From Pristiophorus japonicus (lineage: Eukaryota), in the NCBI RefSeq assembly GCF_044704955.1, contig NC_091999.1:65534001-65598000 (forward strand): 64,000 nucleotides of DNA. Reading direction: 5' to 3'. The stretch's first letter is position 1. Every line of letters begins with the position of its first letter. The notes beneath the pieces were generated by a model. The model worked only from the letters and a program-made list of their open reading frames with translations, had not been told where the DNA came from and made no database searches. Both the position numbers and the translations under genes were made by a program. Positions 11,400 through 24,954 of this stretch are shown in pieces.

Positions 11400-14300
11400 C
11401 ATAGAAACATAGAAATTAGGTGCAGGAGTAGGCCATTCGGCCCTTCTAGCCTGCACCGCCATTCAAAGAGTTCATGGCTGAAAATGTAACCTGAGTACCC
11501 CATTCCTGCTTTCTCGCCATAACCCTTGATCCCGCTCGTTATTCATCTGACTCATTTTGATTATATTTAGTGAATTGGCCTCAACAAATTTCTGTGGTAG
11601 AGAACCCCACAGGTTCACCACTCTCTGGGTGAAGAAGTTTCTCCTCATCTCGGTCCTAAATGGCTGACCCCTTATCCTTAGACTGTGTCCCGTGGTTCTG
11701 GACTTCCCCAACATTGGGAACATTCTTCCTGCATCTAACCTGTCTAACCCCGTCAGAATTTTAAACGTTTCGATGAGGTCCCCTCTCATTCTTCTGAACT
11801 CCAGTGAATACAAGCCCAGTTGATCCAGTCTTTCTTGATAGGTCAGTCCCACCATCCCGGGAATCAGTCTGGTGAACCTTCGCTGCACTCCCTCAATAGC
11901 AAGAATGACCTTCCTCAGGTTAGGAGACCATAACTGTACACAATACTCGAGGTGTGGCCTCACCAAGGCCCTGTACAACTGTAGCAACACCTCCCTGCCC
12001 CTGTACTCAAATCCCCACGCTATGAAGGACAACATGCCATTTGGTTTCTTAGCCGTCTGCTGTACCTGCATGCCAACTTTCAATGACTTATGTACCATGA
12101 TACCCAGGTCTCGTTGCACCTCCCCTTTTCCTAATCTGTCACCAATCAGATAATAGACTGTCTTTCTGTTTTTACCACCAAAGTGGATAACCTCACATTT
12201 ATCCACATTATACTTCATCTGCCATGCATTTGCCCACTCACCTAACCTATCCAAGTCGTTCTGCAGCCTCATAGCTTCCTCCTCGCATCTCACACTGCCA
12301 CCCAACTTAGTGTCATCCGCAAATTTGGAGATACTACATTTAATCCCATCGTCTAAATCATTAATGTACAATGTAAACAGCTGGGGCCCCAGCACAGAAC
12401 CTTGATGTACCCTACTAGTCACTGCCTGCCATTTTGAAAAGTCCCCATTTACTCCTACTCTTTGCTTCCTATCTGACAACCAGTTCTCAATCCATGGCAG
12501 CACACTACCTCCAATCCCATGTGCTTTAACTTTGCACATTAATCTCTTGTGTGGGACCTTGTCGAAAGCCTTCTGAAAGTCCAAATATACCATATCAACT
12601 GGTTCTCCCTTGTCCACTCTACTGGAAACATCCTCAAAAAATTCCAGAAAATTTGTCAAGCATGATTTCACAAATCCATGCTGACTTGGACCTATCATGT
12701 CACCTCTTTCCAAATGCACTGCTATGACATCCTTAATAATTGATTCCATCATTTTACTTCCTACCGATGTCAGGCTGACCGGTCTATAATTCCCTGTTTT
12801 CTCTCTCCCTCCTTTTTTTAAAAGTTGGGTTACATTGGCTGCCCTCCACTCCATAGGAACTGATCCAGAATCAATGGAATGTTGGAAAATGACTTTCAAT
12901 TATTCCGCTACTTCCAAGGCCAGCTCCTTAAGCACTCTGGGATGCAGTCCATCAGGCCCTGGGGATTTATCGGCCTTCAATCACATCAATTTCCCCAACA
13001 CAATTTCCCGACTAAAAAGGATTTCCCTCAGTTACTCCTCCTTACTAGACCCGCTGACCCCTTTTTTATCCGGAAGGTTGTTTGTGTCCTCCTTCGTGAA
13101 TACCGAACCAAAGTACTTATTCAAATGGTCCGCCATTTCTTTGTTCCCCGTTATGAATCCCCCTGATTCTGATTGCAGGGGACCTACGTTTGTCTTTACT
13201 AACCTTTTTCTCTTTACATATCGAGAGAAACTTTTGCAATCCGTCTTAATGTTCCTTGCAAGCTTCTTCTCGTACTCCATTTTCCCTGCCCGAATCAAAT
13301 CCTTTGTCCTCCTCTGCTGAGTTCTAAATTTCTCCCAGTCCTGGGTTCGGTACTATTTCTGGCCAATGTGTATGCCACTTCCTTGGCTTTAATACTATCC
13401 CTGATTTCCCTTGATAGCCACGGTTGAGCCACTTTCCCTTTTTTATTTTTATGCCAGACAGGAATGTAGAATTGTTGCCGTTCACCCATGCGGTCTCTAA
13501 ATGTCTGTCATTGCCCATCCACAGTCAATCCCTTAAGTATCATTCGCCAATGTATCCTAGCCAATTCACGCCTCATACCTTCAATGTTAACCTTCTTTAT
13601 GTTCAGGACCATTGTCTCTGAAGTAACTGTTTCATTCTGCATCCTAATGCAGAATTCCACCATATTAAAGTCACTCTTCCCCAAGGGGCCCGCACAACGA
13701 GATTGCAAATTAATCCTCTCTCATTACACAACACCCAATCTAAGATGGCCTCGCCCCCCAGTTATTTCCTCGACATATTGGTCTAGAAAAACATCCCCTT
13801 TGCAATCCAGCAAATCCTCCTCCACCGTATTGCTTCCAGTTTGGTTAGTCCAATCTATGTGCATATTAAAATCACCCATTATAACTGCTGCACCTTTATT
13901 GCATGCACCACTAACTTGCATTTTGATGCACTCCCCAACATCAATACTACAGTTTGGAGGTATGTACACAACTCTCACTAACGTTTGTTCTGCAGCTCTA
14001 CCCATATAGATTCCACATCATCAAAGCTAATGTCCTTCCTAAATTTTGCATTAATCTCCTCCATAAGCAGCAATGCTACCCCACCTCCTTTTACTTTTAT
14101 TCTATCCTTCCCGAATGTTGAATACCCCTGGATATTGAGTTCCCAGCCCTGATCATCCTGGAGTCACGTCTCTGTAATCCCAATCACATCATAATTGTTA
14201 ACATATATTTGCACAGTTAATTCATCCACCTTATTACGGATACTCCTTGCATTAAGACACAATGCCTTCAGGCTTGTTTTTTTTAACACCGTTTGTCCTT

Positions 14301-15500
14301 TTTAATATTTTGCTGTACAGTGGCACTTTTTGTTCTATACCTTGGGTTTCTCTGCCCTCCACTTTTCCTCATCTCCTTGCTGTCTTTTGCTTTTGTCTCC
14401 TTTTAGTTTCCCTCTGTCTCCCTGCATTGTTTCCCATCCGCCTGCCATATTAGTTTAACTCCTCCCCAACAGCACGAGCAAACACTCCCCCGAGGACATT
14501 GTTTCCGGCCCTGCCCAGGTGCAGACCGTCCGGTTTGTACTGGTCACACCTCCCCCAGAACCGGTTCCAATGCCCAGGAATTTGAATCCCTCCCTGCTGC
14601 ACCACTGCTCAAGCCAATTATTCATCTGCGCTTTCCTGCGATTCCTACTCTGACCAGCACGTGACACTGGTAGCAATCCCGAGATTATTACTTTTGAGGT
14701 CCTTTGTTTTAATTTAGCTCCTAGCTCCTTAAATTCGTTTCATAGGACCTCATCCCTTTTTGAACCTATATCGTTGGTACCAGTGTGCACCACGACAACT
14801 GCTCTTCTCCCTCCCTTTATAGAATGTCCTGCACCCTCTCCGAGACATCCTTGACCCTTGCACCAGGGAGGCAACATACCATCCTGGAGTCTTGGTTGCG
14901 GCCGCAGAAACGCCTATCTATTCCCCTTACAATTGAATCCCCTATACACAATCGCTCTCCCACTCTTTTTCCTGCCCTCCTGTGCAACAGAGCCAGCCAC
15001 GGTTCATGCTGTTGGCTGCTGCTGCCCTCGCCTGATGAGTCGTGCTCCACCACAGTGCCCAAAGCAGTGTATCTGGTTTGCAGGGGGACGACCACAGGGG
15101 ACCCCTGCACTACCTTCCTTGCACTGCTTTTCTGCTGGTCTTCCATTCCCTATCTGGCTGTGCACCGTTTCGCTGCGGTAAGACCAACTCGCTACACGTG
15201 CTACTCACGTCATTGTCAGCATCGTGGATGCTCCATCGTGAATACATCCTCAGCTCCAACTCCGCAACGCAGTCGTTTTGGAGCTGGAGGCGGTTACACT
15301 TCCCGCACACGTAGTCGTCAGGAACATTGGTGTCATCCCTGAGTTCGCACATGGTACAGGAGGAGCATAACACGTGACTGAGCACTCCTACCATGACTTA
15401 ACCCTTAGATAAGCAACAACAATGCGAAAGTTTACTCACTGTTATAGAAGAGAAAAAAGAAAAACTATTCAGCAATCACCTTCAGTTCACGCTCTCTGGA
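11400..15500 (-). mobile_element. Near full-length CR1 LINE (ORF1 zinc-finger + SGNH esterase; ORF2 APE + RT), disrupted
   Basis: ORF1 CSSC..CGKC and GDSIVRG..CLPGARV; APE VYIPPN..MGDFN..SDFNMV; 475-aa RT ORF 11472-12899 with YLDFQKAFDKVPH, QGSVLGP, KFADD; 3' tail (TATGTTTC)n. Confidence 0.95.
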
Positions 15501-15619
15501 AGACTCCCGTCCGAAGCAGAACATTTCAAGGCCTAACATCTGCAGATCCCATGATACTGAAAAATTTATAATCATCTGATAGTAGATAGTAATGCCTGCA
15601 GCATTGGGACAGACGGGTC

Positions 15620-15722
15620 AGCCGTCAGTAAATTGAGATGTTTGTGTCTCTGGTATAGGAAGTTTACCTGTCTGTAAATTGGGATGTTGTGCCACTGGTG
15701 CAGGAAGGTCACCTTTCAGTAT
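15620..15722 (+). repeat. ~45-bp minisatellite (GTCAGTAAATTGGGATGTT...CTGGTACAGGAAG), continuing at 17550-17720 after the L2
   Basis: The same units appear on both sides of the L2 element. Confidence 0.6.
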
Positions 15723-15724
15723 AT

Positions 15725-17530
15725 CAACAACTTGTCGTTATATAGTGCATTTAATGTAGTGAAATGTCCCAGAGCCCTTCGCAGGAGCACAGTGAGATCC
15801 AATAAATTGACACTCAACCTCATAAATAGAAATTAGCGTAGGTGATCAAAAGCTTGATCAAAGAGATATGTTTTAAGGAGCGTCTTGAAGGAAGAAAGAG
15901 AGGAAGAGAGGCGGAAGATTTACGCAGGGTGTTCCAGAGCTTGGGGTTAGTCAGCAGAAGGCATGGTCACCAATGGTTGAGCGATTAAAACGGGGATGCT
16001 GAAGAGGACAGAATTAGAGAGGCGCATGCATCTCGGGGGCTGGAGGAGATTACAAAGATAGGGAGAGGCGATACCATGGAGGTATTTGAAAATAAGGATG
16101 GGAATTATTAAATCAATGCGTTGTTTAACCGGAAGCCAATGTAGGCCAGCGAGCAGTGGGGTGATGGGTGAATGGAACCTGGTAAATTTAGGACATGAGC
16201 AGCTCTAATTTGCCTAGGCGAGAATGTTGGAGGCCAGACACAAGTGCTTTGGAATAGTGAAGTCTAGAGGTCACAAAGGCATGGACGAGGGCTTCAGCAG
16301 TGGATCAGTTGAGGCAAGTGCAGTGACGGGCAATGTTACGGAGGTGGAAATAGGCGGTCTTAGTTATGCTGCGGATATGTGGTCTAAAGATCATTTAAAG
16401 GTCAAATATGACACCAAGTTTGCGAACAGACTGATTCAGCCTCAGAGAGAATTTCGGGTGAGGGTGGCATCAGTGGCGAAGGAATGGAGTTTATAGCGGG
16501 GACTGAATACAATGGCTTCAGCCTTTTCAATATTCATTTCGAGAACATTTCTGCTCATCGTCAACTGCATGTCGGAAAATCAGTCTGATAACTTAGAGAC
16601 CATTGAGGGGATCGCAGAAATATGTACTTTGGTACAACTGCATATCATCAGCGTACATGTGGAAACTGATGTTGTGTTTTCAGATAATGTCTCCAAGGGG
16701 TAACATGTAGATGAGAAGTAGGGCGGGGCCAATGATAGATCCTTGTGTGACAGCAGAGGTAACTCTGCAGGGGCGGGAAGAGAAACCGTTTTACATGATT
16801 CTCTCGCTACGATTTGATAGATACGAATGTAAATAGGGGAGTGCAATTTCACCCAGCTGGGCGACAGTGGAGAGACGTTGGATAACGATAGAGTGGTCAA
16901 CCTTGTCAAATGCTGTGGACAAGTCTGGAAGGACGAGGAGGTATAGTTTGCCGTTGTCATAGTCACATATTATATAATTTATGACTTTGATGAGTGCTGT
17001 TTTGGTACTGTGGCATGCACGGCAACCGTTTGAAGGGATTCAAACATGAAATTGCAGAAACTTGGATCGGGATGTGGGAATCTTCAACACTTTCAAGGAC
17101 TTTGGAGAGGAAAGGGAGATTGGAGATGGGGCAGTAGATTGCAAGGACGGAGGGTCGAGGGTTGTTTTTCTTCAGGCGAGGGGTGATGACGGCAGATTTG
17201 AGGGCTAGTGAGCCAGTACATGAGGAGAGCGAACCGTTAACAAGGTCAGCTAACATGGGGGCCAGAAAATGAAGCTGGGTGTTCAACAGCTTAATGTGAA
17301 CCGGGCCAAGAAACCAGGAAATGAGTCTCATGGACATAATGAACTTGGAAAGGTCTTGAGGAGAGATCGGAGAGAAACTGGGAAAAATGTGATGTCAGGG
17401 CCAGGATACGGTCTTTCTTCGAGGAAGTTTGGCCCAGTGGGCTTGTGGAAGAAAGGGAAGAGGTAGGTGCGGCCGAACTGAAGGTCTCAATCTTAAAGAC
17501 AAAGACATCCTCACTCTTATTGTCGGAGGT
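15725..17530 (-). mobile_element. L2 LINE 3' part (degenerate)
   Basis: PISNLPFLSKVLE, LDLSTAFDKVDH, HMYADD remnants; L2-type 3' end (TATAT..CAAGTTGTTG). Confidence 0.85.
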
Positions 17531-18563
17531 CGGGATGGAGACTGAGGAGATTGTAAGTGGGGAAGGTTGTGTTTCTGGTACAGGAGGTTCACCTGTCAGT
17601 AAATTGGGATGTTTATCTCTCTAGGACAGGAAATCATTGTCAATAAGTTGGGATGTTTTCGGCACTGGTTCTGGGGATTCACAATCAATAAATTGTGACG
17701 GTTTTTTCTCTGGTACAGTCAGATAAGCAGCCCCATTCAACGCTGGGTATGTTCCCCCACTGAACCAGTGAAAAAATACCCCAATTTATTGACAAGTGAT
17801 GTCCTGTATCAGAAACACAAATATCCCCATTTACAAACTCCCCAGTCTCCACCACCTCCGACAATAAGTTTAAATAACTCTTTATCTCTAAGATTGAGAC
17901 TATCAGTCGGCCTCTCCTGTTATGCCTCAATGCCAGCTTGAGAGTCTGGTCTTTACACTAAATTACGGATGGTGATTAATTGACATGTATAATTTTTTAG
18001 ATGTATTTGTTCTTGGGATTTTAGCGACATTGCCAATACAGCAATCACAACTCATCCCGATGATGGCACTAAGAATCATCTGTTTAGTGCAAGACTGGCG
18101 TGCATGTCGGCCAGATCGGGTAGGAGTCGGAGGTTACCTGTTCTATCCCACATTACAACAATCTAGCAGCTTTCAGGTCTATTGTTTCTTGCGCAAAAAT
18201 GAACAGATCTATTAGCGTATTAATTCAGTTGGTTAATGACTGATATTCGCGGCTGCAGGTGGTGCAAATGGAAAACTGATGCAGTAGTGCCAGGGTGAGG
18301 CGAATTTACCTATGGACTGCATTAACGCCAGACACTAATTCTCCAATATTTTATAAAGATACTGCCCAATCCCGGGCTATATTGAAGTTACAGCCCTAAT
18401 GTATTTATTTCATTTCAATAACATTGTTTCCCAAACACTGAAGCGGTCCATGGGCATTCTCACAATGCACAATGAAACCTGGGGTTTGTACTTTCATTAT
18501 TTTATTCATTTAACTAGAATATTCAGCGGGTATTTGACAGCGTTCTTTAACTCCTCTCTGAAT

Positions 18564-19393
18564 TTACTCTGAGTTACTGCAATAAATAAAAGTGTTGGTG
18601 CAGCAACACAACAGCTGAAGCATATTTCCGCTTTCTTGCAGGACAAATTTGGGATCACTAAAACTTTTGATTTTGTAATCACTAATAAATCGCTCTAATA
18701 AGAGCTGTACAAGATACGTCATCCACAACAGGATGAAGCTTCCCGAGATGGCGAAGAGTAAAACGATTGACTTTCTCCGGCTCTCCATCTCTGGGTCACT
18801 CTGAATCTCCTCATTGCTGTGGGCCCGGAGCCTGCTGCGGGCCCTACTGGCCGCTAGAATGTATCTGACGGTTACAGCATTGAGCAAAAAGATCAGAATG
18901 AACGAGAGACAGTGTGTTAGAATACGGCCGAACCAGTCAAACGTTCTCCATATGGGTGAAGCATAACGGATTTTCTTCAATTTGCAATACCACGGGACAT
19001 TGTCAATTTTGTACAAGGGCTCGTGTATAAAATACCAGGGAACGCTTTTCAGACAGACCAGTGCACAGACCATTCCAATCACCACGGCCGCTGTTTTATC
19101 GGTGCAGTATTTTGTTTTCAGCTTCTGGCAACAAATGGCCACAAATCGATCAAAGGTGAAAGCGACCGTTAACCAGACGGAACTGTCTCTGGCTGCATAA
19201 ATTAAAGCAATTCTGAGACTGCACACGGGAGTGATGGACAGGAAGCTACCTGGAAAATAAATAGCCGGAATCCGATTTAATATCACAGCGGTGAAAATGA
19301 CCAGGAGATCCGTCATCGACAGCAGGTACCGAGTGATACAATTGGGGAGACCGCACCTTCCTCGGGACAGGATCACAATCGCCATTATATTAA
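18564..19393 (-). CDS. GPR139-like class A GPCR, coding exon 2 (TM1-TM7); 299 aa as assembled, 318 aa if the +1 T at ~18581 is removed (stop at 18506)
   Basis: Acceptor (CT)n..CTTCTTGCAG|TT AAT ATA ATG. Translation VNIMAIVILSRGRCGL...DLLV...SVWLTVAFTFDRFVAIC...FILLW...CTNTFIY shows seven hydrophobic segments and a DRF motif. Family assignment is by recognition; it is a paralogue rather than a demonstrated GPR139 orthologue. Confidence 0.9.
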
Positions 19394-19607
19394 CTGCAAG
19401 AAGGTGAGAGAGAGAGAGAGATGAAAAATGACAGTAAACTTCTAAAAATTGACACGTTGTCCGAAATTATAGAAAGATTGCAGCTTTGATACTAGAAGCG
19501 ATGAAAATCATTTCATCATCCAAAGTGCAACAGACCGGAGAGCTCGGATGTATGAAAGATAATAACTTGCATTTATAATGGGGATCGATAAGGAAACAGA
19601 ATCCATT

Positions 19608-20850
19608 CATAGAAACATAGAAACATAGAAAATAGGTGCAGGAGCAGGCCATTCAGCCCTTCTAGCCTGCACCGCCATTCAATGGGTTCATGGCTGAACA
19701 TGAAACTTCAGTACCCCCTTCCTGCTTTCTCGCCATAACCCTTGATCCCCCGAGTAGTAAGGACTTCATCTAACTCCCTTTTGAATATATTTAGTGAATT
19801 GGCCTCAACTACTTTCTGTGGTAGAGAATTCCACAGGTTCACCACTCTCTGGGTGAAGAAGTTTCTCCTCATCTCGGTCCTAAATGGCTTACCCCTTATC
19901 CTCAGACTGTGACCCATGGTTCTGGGCTTCCCCAACATTGGGAACATTCTTTCTGCATCTAACCTTTCTAAACCCGTCAGAATTTTTAACGTTTCTATGA
20001 GGTCCCCTCTCATTCTTCTGAACTCCAGTGAATACAAGCCCAGTTGATCCAATCTTTCTTGATATGTCAGTCCCGCCATCCCGGGAATCAGTGCGGTGAA
20101 CCTTCGCTGCACTCCCTCAATAGCAAGAATGTCCTTCCTCAAGTTAGGAGACCAAAACTGTACACAATACTCCAGGTGTGGCCTCACCAAGGCCCTGTAC
20201 AACTGTAGCAACACCTCCCTGTCCCTGTATTCAAATCCCCTCGCTATGAAGGCCAACATGCCATTTGCTTTCTTAACCGCCTGCTGTACCTGCATGCTAA
20301 CCTTCAATGACTGATGTGCCATGACACCCAGGTCTCGTTGCACCTTTCCTTTTCCTAATCTGTCACCATTCAGATAATAGTCTGTCTCTCTGTTTTTACC
20401 ACCAAAGTGGATAACCTCACATTTATCCACATTATACTTCATCTGCCATGCATTTGCCCACTCACCTAACCTATCCAAGTCACTCTGCAGCCTAATAGCA
20501 TCCTCCTCGCAGCTCACACTGCCACCCAACTTAGTATCATCCGCAAATTTGGAGATACTGCATTTAATCCCCTCGTCTAAATCATTAATGTACAATGTAA
20601 ACAGCTGGGGCCCCAGCACAGAACCTTGCGGCACTCCACTAGTCACTGCCTGCCATTCTGAAAAGTACCCGTTTACTCCTACTCTTTGCTTCCTGTCTGA
20701 CAACCACTTCTCAATCCACGTCAGCACACTACCCCCAATCCCATGTGCTTTAACTTTGCACATTAATCTCTTGTGTGGGACCTTGTCGAAAGCCTTCTGA
20801 AAGTCCAAATATACCACATCAACTGGTTCTCCTTTGTCCACTTTACTGGA
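19608..20850 (-). mobile_element. Young 5'-truncated CR1 in the GPCR intron; ORF2 C-terminal ~380 aa intact
   Basis: Uninterrupted frame from SSKVDKGEPVDVVYLDFQKAFDKVPH to EKAGRGY*, 3' tail (TATGTTTC)n, possible 4-bp TSD CATT (19604-19607 / 20851-20854). Very similar to the RT region of the 11400-15500 copy. Confidence 0.93.
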
Positions 20851-21234
20851 CATTTGTATACCTTTCAAATGGATTAAAAAAAGAGTCGATTGTGCAATGA
20901 TAATTAAAATAACAGAAACCTGCCTGAGGAGGAGAAGAGCAGCGTTTGTAGGAAAGATGTCAGGAGCAGCGAATGTGGAAATGCAGAAAAGGATCGAGAC
21001 TTGGTCGGGGTTATAAAACGGACAGAAACCCGGGATCAACGTGTTCCCGGAATAAGATGTATTAATAAAGTAAGCATTCATTTCATTGTTTCGAAATGTT
21101 CATCTTAACTTACTTTCAATAAGACGATTCGTTGAATTAAATAAGTGTATAATAAATCAGTAAATCAATTGTTTGAAATGTTGGATTGAATAATGCTGCA
21201 TTTATCAACAAATGGTTAACCTATGAACACAGTC

Positions 21235-21510
21235 AGTGATTCACATATGTAAAGGATCCCATGGCACTTTTCGAAGATGTGCAGGTGAGTGATTCCCGGT
21301 GTCCTGGCAAATATTTATCCCTCAATCAACTTCACAAGAAACAGATTGTCTGGTTATAAATACATTTATTGTGGAATCTTGCGAGTCACAAATTTGCTGC
21401 CGCACTTCCTGAATTGCAAAAATGGCTGAACTTCAAAATTAATTCATTGGCTGTAAATCGCTTTTTGAAGTCCTGAGTTTGTGAAAAGCGCCTCATCAAT
21501 GTAAGTCGTT
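21235..21510 (+). mobile_element. Deu-domain SINE (SacSINE1-like), 3' half
   Basis: GTAAAGGATCCCATGGCAC..TTTATCCCTCAA..ATTGGCTGTAAA..GTGAAA.GCGC pattern. Related copies at ~29770-30000 and ~59650-60215. Confidence 0.7.
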
Positions 21511-21819
21511 TTGTTTTTTCTGATATATCCAACAGTTTGATAATTCAGGAAAGCAGCTATTCATTTTCTGCATTGCTATGTAGTCGAATTTGAATTGCAG
21601 AAAATTAGCGTGAGTTTTAATTTAATTAATTATTAGATCCGTGACTATCAATTGAAGCCCCTTTTTTCACATAGCTCATGGAACCATGTAAGTTTACAGA
21701 ATGGAAAGAGGGAGGTTACTTCGGGACATTGTGTCCGCGCTGGCCAACATAGAAGAGTCCAGCCTAATGCCACGTTTCAGCTCTTCATCCGTAACCTTGT
21801 AGTTTACGGCACTGCAAAG

Positions 21820-23612
21820 GGAATTAGTGACAGTGAACATGGAGATGGCAGAAAATTTGAACAAATATTTTGTATCAGTCTTTATGGAAGAGAACATTAA
21901 ACATATCCCAACGGTGGATGGTCAAGGGTTTTTTGGGGAGAGGGGGGAGGGGCGAAGCAACGGAAGACAATCACAGTCATTAAGAAGGAGGTACTTAGTA
22001 AGATAATGTGATTAAAGCGGATAAATGCACTAATATAATGGCCCGCATCCTAGGGTCTTAAGCGAAGTAGCGGCAGGGATAGTGGATGAATTGGTTGTCA
22101 TTTACCAAAATTCCCTGGATTCTGGGGAAGTCCCAGCAGATTGGAAATGAGCAAATGTAACGCCCCTATTTACAAAAGGAGACAGATAAAAAGCAGAAAA
22201 CTATAGACCAGTTAGCGTAACATCTGTGGTTGGGAAAATGTTGGTGTCCATTATTATAGAAGCAGTAGCAAGACATTTGGAAAAGCATAATTCAGGCAGG
22301 CAGAGTCAGCATGGATTTGTGATGGGGATATCATGTTTGACAGATTTCTGAAATTCTTTGTGGATGTAACGAACAGGGTAGATAAAGCGGAACTAGTGGA
22401 TGTGGAGTATTTGTTATTCCATAAAGCATTTGACAAGGTGCCATATAAAATGGTACTGCACAAGATAAAAGTTTATGGCATTGGGGATAACATATTAGCA
22501 TGGACAGAGGATTTGCCAACGAACAGAAAACAGAAAGTCGGAATAAATAGTGCCTTCTCTGGTTGGAAATCGGTAACGAGTGGTGTGCCGCAGGAATCGG
22601 AACTGGGACCGCAGCTAGTTACAATCTATATTAATGACTAGGATAAAGAGACCGAGAGTAACCTCGCCAATTTTGCTAACGATACAAAGATGAGAGGAAA
22701 TGCAATTTGTCAGGAGGACACAAAACACCTGCAACAAAACATAGACAGGCTAAGTGAGTTGGGAAAAAGTTGGCAGATGGCGTATAACGTTGGAAACTGT
22801 GAAGTAATACACTTTGGCGGAAAAAACTCGAAGAGCAAGTTATTACTTAAATGGAGAAAATTTGCAAAATGCTGCAATACAGCGGGACCTGGGGGTACTT
22901 GTACATGAAACACAAACGGTTAGTGTGCAGGTACAGCAAGTGATCAGGAATGCCAATGGAATATTGGCCTTTATTGCAAATGGGACGGAGTATTAAATGA
23001 GGGAATTCTTGCGACAGTTATACAGGGCATTGATGAGGCCACAACTGGAATACTGCGTCCAGTTTTGGTTTCAATATTTAAGTAAAGACATACTTGCTTT
23101 GCAGACAGTTCAGAGAAATTTCACGAGGTTGATTCAGGATATGACGGGGTTGACTTATGAGGAAATGTTAAGTAAGTTGGGCCACTACTCATTGGAATTC
23201 ATAAGAATGAGAGGTGATCTTATCGAAACGCATAAGATTATGAGGGGGCTTGTCAAGGTGCATGCAGAGAGGATGTTTCCACTGATGGGGGAGAATAGAA
23301 ATAGGGGGCATAATTTTAGAATAATGGGCCGCCCATTTAAATCTGAGATGCGGAGGAATTTCTTCTTTCAGGACGTTGCAAATCTGTGGAATTTGCAGTC
23401 TCACATAGCAGTGGAAGCTGGGTCATTGAATAAATTTAAGACAGAGATAGACAGTTTCTTAACTGATAAGCGAATAAGGGGTTATGGGGAGCGGGGAGGT
23501 AAGTGGACCTGAGATCACGATGGAATCAGGCATGATCGTAGTAATTGAAGGAGCAGGCTCGAGGGGCTGTATGGCACACTCCTGGTCCTATTTTTTACGT
23601 TCTTATGTTCTG
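21820..23612 (+). mobile_element. CR1 LINE RT/3' region (degenerate), antisense in the GPCR intron
   Basis: HKAFDKVP, SGVPQES.LGP, RPQLEYCVQFW; tail TTCTTATGTTC. Confidence 0.9.
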
Positions 23613-23624
23613 ATAAACAACTAT

Positions 23625-24775
23625 TTTTACACTGCTGAGGATTTCTGCATCTACTGCCCTTTCAGGCACCGAGTTTCATTCCCGACCATACTCTGAGTGA
23701 AAAGATCCCCTCAAATCCCCTCTACGCCTCCTACCAATTACTATAACACTATGCCCCCTAATTGTTGCCCCCTCTATTGAGGGAAATAGGTCCTTCCTAT
23801 CCTCTCTATCTAGGCCCATCATGATCTGTACACCTCAATACGTTATCCCCTCAGCCTCCTCTATTCCAAAGAAAAGAGCCACAGTCTATCCAATCTTTCC
23901 TCATAGAAAAATTCTCCAGTCAGGGCAACATCATCATAAATCTCCTCTCTACTCCCTGTAGAGCAATCACATCTTTACTGTAGTGCGGTGACCAGAACTG
24001 CACGCAGTGGTCCAGCTATATCCTAACTAGTGCTTTGTGCAGTTCAAGCTTAACCACATTGCTCCTGCATTGTATGCTTCAGCTAATAAATGCAAGAATC
24101 CCTTTTGGCTTTTTGGCCATCTTATCTGCCTGGCCTGCTACATTCAGGTATCCTTGTAGATGCACTCCAATGTCTCTTTGTTCCCATACAATTCTTAGTG
24201 TCCTATCATTTACTGTGTATTCCGCTGCCTTGATATCCTTCCACCAATGCAGTACCTCGCACTATTTCGGATTGAATTACATTTGCCACTTCTCTGCACA
24301 CGAGACCAATTCATTAATATCTTCCTGCAGTCTTTAGCTTTCTTTTTTGTTATCAAGCATGCAGCCAATGTTTGTATCATCTGCAAACTTCTTAATCATA
24401 CTACCTCCAATCCAGTCTCAATCATTGATAAATACCACAAAAAGGAAGGGACCTAGTACTGAGCCCTGCGGAAGCCCACTGGAAATCGCCTTCCAGACTC
24501 AAAACACCCATCAGCCCTTTGCTTCAATGTCTCTGGGCCAATTTTGTATCCAACTTTCCACTTGGCCTTGAATCACATGGGCATTCCCTTTCGTGACCAG
24601 TTTGCCATGTGGGACCTTGTCAAAAGCCTGCTGAAATCCATATACACCACATCAAACGCACCAGCCTCATCAATGCTCCTTGTTAGCGCCAAAAATCATT
24701 CAATTAAGTTCGTCAGACATGACCTTCCGTTAAGAAATCTATGCTGACTATCACCAATTCATCCGTGTCTTTCTC
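23625..24775 (-). mobile_element. CR1 LINE fragment
   Basis: Reverse-strand DFSRLLTRSH / GSVLGP / KFADD-type remnants. Confidence 0.75.
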
Positions 24776-24954
24776 TATGAAGATGAAGGTGCGTTCAATT
24801 CTGAGACGTTCAGAAGGCTAAATTCACTATTCTCATCTTCTGCTCATATGATCTGAGAGAAACACATTGCACAAATTGTGGTCACTATATCGTTTTTGAG
24901 TCCATCCAGGTAACTAACGGTTTTTACGGTTATTAGCTTACTGAAATACTTTAC

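Noticed and set aside
11872-13320. Plus-strand ORFs overlapping CR1 copies
   Set aside because: Antisense shadows of CR1 ORF2.
19708-21081. 457-aa ORF as a novel host-RT fusion gene
   Set aside because: The first ~77 codons are intronic sequence that happens to be open upstream of a 5'-truncated CR1; it lacks the endonuclease and the first RT motifs.
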